DNA from: Tubulanus polymorphus | Taxonomy: Eukaryota > Animalia > Nemertea | Assembly: GCF_964204645.1 (NCBI RefSeq) | Contig: NC_134026.1 | Location: 581,950 to 645,949, forward strand | Direction of reading: 5' to 3' | Length of the DNA stretch: 64,000 bases | Part shown: piece after piece, positions 54,887 to 64,000 of the stretch | Layout: every line of letters starts with the position of its first letter | How positions within the stretch are numbered: the stretch's first letter is position 1 | Made by a program: the position numbers and the translations under genes | Notes under the pieces: model-generated | Databases searched by the model: none | Told to the model about the DNA's origin: nothing | What the model saw: only the letters and a program-made list of their open reading frames with translations

Positions 54887-57618
54887 TTACGAAAACGTGA
54901 TCCACGTTAGGATCAAAAATAAAATTGACGAAGATAAAATTCTGGATGAGAATCCTAATGACGTCGCAGTGTTACAGCCATCAGACGCGCACGCTAGCAC
55001 ACAACCTCTCATATCTTGATCGTTCAATCTGAGCTCTCGTATCCATCCGCAGTGAGATTCCCGACCTATTTCAGTCTCGGATGTGGTTCCACCGTCGTCC
55101 ACCACACATCTACGCGACATTATTGTATAATTTTCTCCGACTGTTTCAAAAGAGAAGTAAAATATAATATTAGGCTATCAAATAAATTAACAATACCAGT
55201 CCACCCTTTAGAAACTATAAATTGTTAAAAAGGTCCCCTAATAGTCTATTCCTATGAAAACCTCATCCGTATCAAGGATCGGTGAAGTGTTCGTGAATTT
55301 TCGCTCAAGGACACTTTTAGACCCCATTGCGACAGCTATCGAGCGTGGAGCAATCATTATCAGAAACCTTGTCGTGTCGAGCTTTCCCCGCAGCCATTAG
55401 TGACAGCAGTGTGCTGCTAGTTACTTTGCTAGATTGATGACGAATTGAGCGAGATGAAAATTAATCAGATTTGGTTGTGATGCATGTGTATAACTAATCT
55501 AGAGCTGATGTAAAATCCAGAGTTATGAATAAATATGGTGACGTACACGATCGACATCGTCTCAAACAAGATATCATGGAGTGAAAAATACTAATCAACT
55601 AACATAGTCTAATCTATGTCTAATTATTCTTAAAGATGCCTATTTTGTGAAATAAACCAGATTGAATAAAGTATGCATGGTTTCGATTGTGAATGTGATT
55701 TTACTGTAAGAGTATTATTACAGAGCTCAGCTGCAAATAAGTCCCAGCATTCTGGGTTTAGATACTACGTAACTTACATCATTGACGACAGAACTTGAAC
55801 TTGTAAATTATGAATTTATCCGTCGCCCAAAGCTCGCAGTAAATAACACATAATGTCGGCATAAATAATTTCCACATATTCAAATTCTAAAAACTAAGCT
55901 TTATTTAAAGTAATAGAATTGAAGATCCGCTCATCGAAATGATGATAGGAATTGTAAGCGAGGGTGGTATGATTCTAGAGGCGCCATTACAGCCATCGTA
56001 GTCACAGGCGAGCAGGCACCCGCTCATGTCTACCCCATCGATCGACACCATTCGGACCCAACCACAGTGGTCTTGACGACCCATTTCACTATCGGATGTC
56101 AATCCACCGTTATCCGTGACGCAACTTCGCGTAATTATTGAATAATTTTGAGAAGCTAAAAAACAATGGAAAATTTGCCGCTAGATTTCAGATCGAGCAT
56201 ATATGTAAACATGGAAGTTCCAAAATATTGGCCCTAGACTTTTATGGATGCAAAGGTATTGGCGCGCTTTCCACAAGTTTAAATCATACGGTTGTAAACA
56301 ATCATAGAAATCAAGAACGAACAACATGCACGAATGTTGAGGGGAGAGATGAGAGGATAATGGCACGATTAAAGAGAAGCAATAGATGGAAAATATCAAT
56401 TTGATTTTTTGCTGAATTGACAGAAAAATGATGAAAGCGATGGGTGATGCTGAAAATAAGAGTTTATACGCACTTGAAGCTTTCAGTTTTATACACTGAG
56501 TCGCCGGAAATAAGCCAGCTCGATTCTTTCTACCAGCCCAACATTCGCTTTGATAGTAACTTCTTTTCGTGCTGTTGAATGTATCTTCGCATTGCGGATC
56601 GCTGTGGTTGATCGACGTACAAACATAACATCCTATACCGTTCGCTGAAGATTTAAACAATTTAAAATTTATATTTCGACTCGTGTTTTCCTTTCCGTTC
56701 TTTATTCATGCGAAATTCCAGAATTAAAAAAAACTGAGTGTTGGAAAATGTTGGAGGCTTTTTTGGCTATTAATAGAGGAAGTACCGAAATGTATCGTTC
56801 ATAGGCGTCAAATATTATTGGACATCCAATGGCCGTCAACCTTGGCTTTTTACTGGAGTCAGCAGCTTTAGACAAGGCACTCATTTCATACAAGGCACTC
56901 ATTTCATCTCATTTCGTGATGTAATATCTACTTTATTATATATGAGATATTGCTGAGTAACGCAGTATAAACACACTGATGACCGCGCGATCACCGGCTT
57001 ATGACGTATGAAATGACGGTTCACTCGTATCGAATGATATTGACCCAGGCTGATATTCAAATATATAGAAACATAACATATTGTGGACCGAAAAACGGCT
57101 GCAGGGTTTGGATTTCCCAATCGAGGACCGTTTATTTATTTATCCAGTTGTCACGTTTCGATCGGTTAGATATCGAGAATAGATTTACGATGTATTTTGA
57201 GACTATTAGTGCATATTTCAACATCGCGCGGTATGTTTCCCTCCATTACAAAAATCGAAGATAATTCTAACGGTAGCATATCATGGTTATATGTAAACGG
57301 TTTTTGCTCTTTAAAATCGTTATTTGGAGCATTTAAAAGCCTATTTCGTAAATGAATCAGCTCAGGCGTGTAACGTCGAACGGAGGGCTGCAACCGTGCA
57401 GCAACCCGTTAAATCAGCCTCCTCAGCTCGGGGCGGGCTTCATAGCATCATCACATTCAATTCTCGCAGTATAAAATTTGCGTGTCGATTTGTTTCTTTT
57501 TGCGTATTTCATGCATCGGTTCATGTGTCGGCGGAATTGATTTACCTTCACTAACACACAGTAGAATCACAAATAAACCCGTCAAGCAAATATTTGCCGT
57601 TTCCTCTCCCGAACGCAT
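54887..57618 (-). CDS. Ly6/uPAR three-finger GPI-anchored protein (quiver/sleepless/crooked-like) with two alternative terminal exons
   Basis: Signal-peptide exon 57618-57546 (MRSGEETANICLTGLFVILLCVSEA). Exon 56644-56474 (IGCYVCTSINHSDPQCED..C..C). Terminal exon A 56155-55905 or B 55140-54887, each ending C..DGCN plus a hydrophobic tail. Confidence 0.88.
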
Positions 57619-60083
57619 CTTGTGGCTATCGACATCGGAACAACTGAAACGAGAGTAACGTCATTTTCTAAACGTTTTTTTTCACATTTTCTAAATGTAA
57701 TTTTTAATTACTAATTACTTGTCGATATTTTGACTTTGTCTGAAGTAACATATATATATTATATATATATATATACGTATATTACTGTGATCAATACATA
57801 TAAAGTCGCCCTGATGGTTAGTCGAGTCGAGTTATACCAATTAAGCCATCCTGTGAATGGTGCTCTGAGAAGTTGCTAATTACAATCGTTATCCGGGGCT
57901 TCGAACTGACAACGATCTGACGAACCAGTTGCTAAGATACCGACCAAACAAGAACGATGTATTCAGGAATGAACTCGATATTTAGGCTCAGATCAAATAG
58001 GTAGTGTGTAATCTATACATTGTTTATTATATGGTCTGTCTCTCTGAAATGACAATTTCCGATTAACTACTGCACTGTACTGAAATCATATCCTGCGGAT
58101 GCAGAATCAATTATTTAATCGCGTGAGTTCATCAGCCTGAAACAATCGGCTTATTGATCAAACGTGTGATGCTTTTTAATGTTTACAGCAATGGGTATAA
58201 ATTAATGAGGCATTCACTATAATAAAACACGAATTGAAATTGCACTTTTAGCGCATAATTCTGTCGAATTTTGCATAGAAGTGATAACTATAATTATCCG
58301 TTAAACCTCGTTGATACTGTTCTGTTTCAAACGATATTCTGTGATGAAACCGTTTATTGCAATGATTTCCAGCATGTCCCAGCTTAAAGTGTCCCAGCTG
58401 AGATATTTATATCAATCAAGATTTTGGATAATACGAAATATTACAATTATATATGACAATTTCACTTTTACCCACGAGACGAGGTTCAACTGTATATTAA
58501 AGTTGTTATTTTTCGGATCAGTAAAAATCGGCTCCGACTGTGTAATGGGCCTAACCGTCGCGATGATGATGACATTTGAGAGAATTCCAAACATCGGGAC
58601 CGGATAAAGCTATCATCGATAACGTGGTATTCAATACAATTTCGATGATTGAAATTCCACGCAGTGTATGTACGGAATACAGTGAGATCTGTCTCAGATT
58701 CTACAGTTTCAACCTCAGCAGTTAAATCTTGCTATCTATCATGCAGTACATTAATTACATATAACATCATCATTTTCTTATCATGATCAAATACATGATA
58801 TTTACACGCAATATATGATATTATCTAGATGATATTTTTCTGTGCATAGACTTCATTCGTCAGAAATGTTGTCAAATCGATTTTCTATTTTGTTATTATA
58901 TAATCAGTTGAACTTACCATCGTGTTTGATCGGTTTATGTCTTGGTTAGACGTTATAAAAAGGGAAAATCTCTTTGGTAATCGTTTCCGTAACTACAACA
59001 GGTTTATATCCTGACGATTTGCTGAATAAATATGGCGACGTTGGGAAAAATTGATTATTCTGGTGGATGGTGGTTTCAGCAGTGTGAACTACGCTACTGG
59101 CGCCAGACGTAGCATCAGCTCAGCGCTTCATGCGTAACAGCGTTACGTTTAGTTATCAGTCTAACCACCTTTATCATCACCTTAGTCCTTCCTTAAAGTA
59201 ATCATTTGAACTCAAAGGTCCTTTTATACCATGAATTCATAATAGATCTTTGGGCTCACTGTCGGATCATAGAGACAAAAACCTTCGTTCATCGCCAAAT
59301 TCGAAGAACATCTCTCAATTTACGACGAAACAGCATATTTCACAAAATCATTTCGAAAAACTTTATTTAATAATATTTCATCTATATCTCTCTATACAAT
59401 ACGATCCAATATTGCAACATCTGTGACAGACAAATATAAAATTAGTCACACGGATTCGATTCTATGATCGAATTAACTGACACCATAGCTAAAAGATTGA
59501 TTCTAACAACACTACCCCCCCCCCCCCCCGAGTTTGTCGACAGTTGTTGGAAATTTTGAGAAGATCAAAATGATTGATTCAAACCAATGCGTCAAACATT
59601 ATTCACATATTTGGTGGTCACTGCTCAATTCAAAAGCCACCATTACATATACATAAATATATACCAGTAATGGATTTAACATAAAAACGATAAATGAATG
59701 AATACAGATAGATATATAATGAAAATTTCATATGCATCATATATTGATTGCAACGTTTTTGGTTTAGCATCATTTATCATCATTTGTAACGACGGAAATG
59801 CATTAAAACGATTGTATTTATATAGCACCAGTTTTATATATAGGCATACAGCGTAACAAACTCAGTATATTCAGATCTATAATACAACATCAACAGGTGT
59901 TTGATAATACATAATTGTAAACATTTGGTGCACGTTAATAAACTCTGACATATATCAACTTACGGCATATACAATAGACTGCACTTTTTATATGTGTTTA
60001 AAATATTTCATCTTCATCAAAAATATTGACTGATATAGAAATATCTCAAAAATAAATCTCAATGTCGAGGTTTTCATATTTCT

Positions 60084-61715
60084 TTACAAGAATTTATTCT
60101 GACGAAATATGGATTTCAATTGATTGATTTCATCTTCGGTGATAGGAGTCAATGGGCGACGTGTAGGACCTCCGTATAAACCGTACCATTCCATGGCAGT
60201 CTTTAAACCGGGAACTCCAAAACTACGAGTCACCTACAATGACAATATAACAAGATCTCAGATCTACTTCATTAAAAAGTTCATTAACACGCAACATCCT
60301 TCTATCATAGATTAACAATTGATCAGTGTTGATTGTTTATTCGTACCGCAGTATTTGGAGCTATAAGTCTGTGTTGTAATTTGACGGCTGCTTCAATATC
60401 ACCTTTATGATACAAGGTGTGTAACTGACACACCTGTTCACCTAGTACATTAGCTAGCGCACAAACACCACCAACGCAACCTACAAATAATCAGTTTTTT
60501 TCAGTTTTTTATCAAATGCACAATTAATACGTGTGAAAAAGTTTTTCAATAGATTTTCATTCAGCATTGCTTCATACCTAATTCATAAGATGGCAATAGA
60601 AAGCTAGCAGATCCAGCCAAAATTTGAAAGTCTTCATCTTTGGTCCTGTAGCACAAGTACCCAATCTTCGAAATCTATAAGAACATCGCCGGACTATGTG
60701 GTTAAATATACATGTGTAATTAGATCTATACATTCAGAAAGAAACGACTGTAAGACTATTATTACTTACATCACCTCCACTGTCTTTCAATCCAATAATA
60801 TTTGGATGTTTACATAAACTGAGGATAACCTCAGGTGCTAGGTCGATTCCAGTATTTGCGGGAACACTGTACAAAATAACAGGAACTGGGCTTTTGTCAG
60901 CAACCTAACATGCAAGAAATAAAAGAATTTAAAAATTCTAAAATCAGCACCAGTATTTTATAAGTAATATTTTTCCCCTGCAATCTAAACACATTTTATT
61001 GTTCATAGATACTAATTCCACGTTGTTACTTACCATTTTGTAATGTTTAATGAGCGATGTATGGTTCATTTTTCCTTTATAGAAACACGGCGTACAAACA
61101 AGTACAGCATCAGCTCCAGCTTCAGCCATCTTTTCACTCATAGTGATTGTCTCTCGAGTTGCTATATCGAAATTAAACAAATTGATAATCAGATAATTAA
61201 TCATTAACAAGTTATTAGTTCAAATGATTAAGATAATGAACTTAATAGAGAATTATTGAACTACATTCACATCCTGATCCAGCAATGATAAGTTGTTTAT
61301 CACTGACTTTGCGTCGCACTTTATCAACCATTTGAATTCTTTCATCGCGAGTAAGATACACATATTCCCCATTGCTTCCCTGCACCACAAAACCTATAAA
61401 TGAGAAACAAAATTTAAATAATTGAAGGTAGGCTAAAATACGCTATCGAAATCAATCCATTCGTAATCGAAATCAATTAGGCAACATACCTCGGAATGGC
61501 ATTCGTCCCCAAATTTCCAAGTTGCTCTCAAGTTTGCCCCAATTAATATCTTCATTTTCATGGAAAGGAGTTGTGATCGGCGGGTAAATTCCTGTTAGAT
61601 CGATAGACGATCTTGAGCTGCTACTCAAACATCGAGTCAGTAAAGATGACACTGTTCGGTTTACTGGCCCCAGGGCCATCAAAGTGCGAGTTAGCTGCCC
61701 AAAATTTGCCAACAT
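60084..61715 (-). CDS. HOGA1: 4-hydroxy-2-oxoglutarate aldolase, mitochondrial (DHDPS family)
   Basis: Transit-peptide-like N-terminus, then [62 protein letters not shown] and [14 protein letters not shown] across multiple GT-AG exons. Confidence 0.95.
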
Positions 61716-61876
61716 TACACCGGTGCGTACGTCGAAGCGAACCAGGAGGTGTCGCCGTCTAGAGTTGAAGAAATCCTACGTACGAGGTTTAGGGAAACTT
61801 GAGTCCAGTGTCCGACGCTTAGGGAATTCCAAATACCATTTCTCTGACGTCACGACATAGTTACTAAATTCTAGAA
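61716..61876. promoter_or_regulatory. Putative bidirectional promoter between HOGA1 and ARL3
   Basis: Only 161 bp separate the divergent ATGs; the interval is CpG-enriched and has TGACGTCA at 61845-61852. Confidence 0.65.
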
Positions 61877-63810
61877 ATGGTGAGTTTTTTGGGTGTTTTT
61901 TATCAGTTACTGGTGCTTGTTTTATCAGATTTATTGTAAATAATGTTCAGATTCAGTTATTCTGTATTTCATTGAAGCTGTTTTTTAATATTTCGTTCAT
62001 AAGATGCTTAAATTGAGGAATTTGAGCCAGCAAAACGTCAATACAAATCAATTTATTTGTAATTCTGTTAATAATTGGTTTCCCAACTATGTTGATTGGA
62101 TGATGCCTTCTGTTTAAACTTGTGAATGTGATTTCTGATGATCAGTTTTACTACAGTTCATTCAGACCATGAATGTTTTTCATGTTGGCTTCAACATGAA
62201 ACAGAACCATAGCCTCTACTTTGGTCTCTAGGCCTAGTCTTGTAAAAGGTTTTGCCAACAAGGTTTAGTAATCAGATGGGCTTGTACCACAACCGATAGT
62301 AGGGTTACTGGAGTTAAGTGTTGGCAAATTCAACCCCAATTTGCGAATCGATGAAACATTTCCGTCTCTTTTATTAAACCAGGGGCTGCTTGCGTTGTTG
62401 CGAAAAATGAAAGCGAGTCCTTCTAAGGAACTCAAAATTCTTCTGTTGGGACTCGACAATGCCGGAAAAACTACACTGCTTAAGAAGATCGCTTCAGAAG
62501 ATGTCAGCCATATCACACCTACTCAGGTATTACCACTTGAAAGCAAGTTTCAGAATTGACTGCTCGTTTTTGGTTTAATGAGGCACCATAAAAACACCTG
62601 TGGACCGATCAAAGTTTCTGATTATATAAGAAAGTTAATTGAAGTTTGAGTCCCAGAAAAATGTTCGCTGTTCAAAGTTCACTAGAGATAGGTGTTCACT
62701 TCAGGAGGTTTTAGTGTAGTATTCATCGACATATGAATTGCTCTTATTTCAAGAAATTGTATGTTTTTTTATTTCTAGGGGTTTAATATAAAAAGTGTGC
62801 AATCGAATGGAATTAATTTGAATGTATGGGATATAGGTGGCCAGAGAAAAATACGTCCTTACTGGAGAAATTATTTTGTAGATATTGATATGTTAGTAAG
62901 TATGATGAGTCTCCACAAACTGTCTCTCAAAACCTTTATAAAAACCAAACTGTTCTGTTCCTCATTTCAACCTTTAATCCCAGGGAGCACTGAACTTTTT
63001 TTTGTACTCGGAAAACTGCGCTTTACAAATGACTATTATTATTATTATTAAGACAAGTACAAAACATTTAGATCAAGGAATTTGCATACACGGTCTGTAG
63101 ATATTATAGTGATTTTTCCAGAAAACTAAGAGTGTAATTGTATTTTTTTCGTTATTAGGTGTTTGTGATCGACAGTTCAGATAGAAAACGTTTTGAAGAA
63201 ACAGAATTTGTAAGTAGGAAATATTTAGGAGCCATATTGATATAGCGCTTAGCAATACAAATAAACACTGACGCAATCGTTTGTTTTTGTAGGAGTTGAG
63301 TCATTTATTAGAAGAAGAAAAGTTATCCGGAGTCCCTATTTTAGTGTTTGCCAATAAATCGGATTTACTTACGGCTGCAACACCTAGTGAAATAACCACG
63401 GCCTTATCGCTTTCATCAATCCGTGATCGAAGCTGGCAAATTCAACAGTGTTCCGCTCTGAAGGGAACCGGGCTCAAGGTGAGAATACACGCAGAATGGG
63501 GACGCTATGTCTGACTGGCAATCGAGGATCCACCAGGTGTCGCTAATGTGCTTTCAGACAATGATTCCAGATTTCTTCTTTGATGATCAATTAAATGTGT
63601 CTTTGATTTCTTGAAGTCTACAGATTATGAATCGCTTATTTATGAACACTTCAGATCAATGAGAGTTTATCGGCAAGATTTGCCTAATTTCTCATGTGGG
63701 AGGCTTTTAAAGATCAAATGATCTCCTGAATATATTCAGTTCTTAACTTGATTCTTTTCTTCTTTCTCTAGGAGGGCTTAGAATGGCTTGCAAAAATGGT
63801 TAAAAAGTGA
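61877..63810 (+). CDS. ARL3: ADP-ribosylation factor-like GTPase 3
   Basis: ATG|intron|[33 protein letters not shown]|[53 protein letters not shown]; stop at 63810. Confidence 0.95.
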
Positions 63811-64000
63811 TCTAAGGACATTGTTTGATACAAAAAAAACTCAAGAAGAAATTAACGACTCAATAACTGTGTATGTGAAATGCGTTCTAGTGAATCTATT
63901 TTGGTATCTACACAAGGGCTACCAATCTACGATGCACTCACTGAGAGACTACCTACTGGATTAGTGGAAGTTGGCCAATGATGCTGGTTCATCACTTTAG

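Noticed and set aside
58558-58920. ATG|GTAAGT at 58920 and MFGILSNVIIIAT as the Ly6 signal-peptide exons
   Set aside because: The phase-0 donor does not fit the phase-1 acceptor at 56644, while exon 57618-57546 does. These sequences may be 5' UTR exons.

Overview
AT-rich, intron-rich eukaryotic DNA from an invertebrate animal (species cannot be fixed from sequence alone). I assembled seven spliced host genes by hand from GT-AG boundaries and reading-frame phase. They are a two-ubiquitin-like-repeat + TIR-domain gene (-), GLRX3/PICOT (+), SLF2/FAM178 (-), an ARID5-like gene (-), a Ly6/three-finger GPI-anchored protein gene with two duplicated alternative last exons (-), and HOGA1 (-) head-to-head with ARL3 (+). 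The most striking element is an apparently intact 7.7-kb DNA transposon (35391-43109) with perfect 47-bp TIRs and a TAA target-site duplication. It encodes a spliced ~1262-aa Zator-like DD(43)E transposase that appears fused to a CIDE-N/ubiquitin-like domain and an NAB NCD2-like domain. The window also holds piggyBac-, Harbinger- and hAT-type MITEs, a 60-bp minisatellite, and a repeat-rich block of degenerate exon-like units (31-35 kb). All domain and family calls come from motif recognition by eye; no database search was run.
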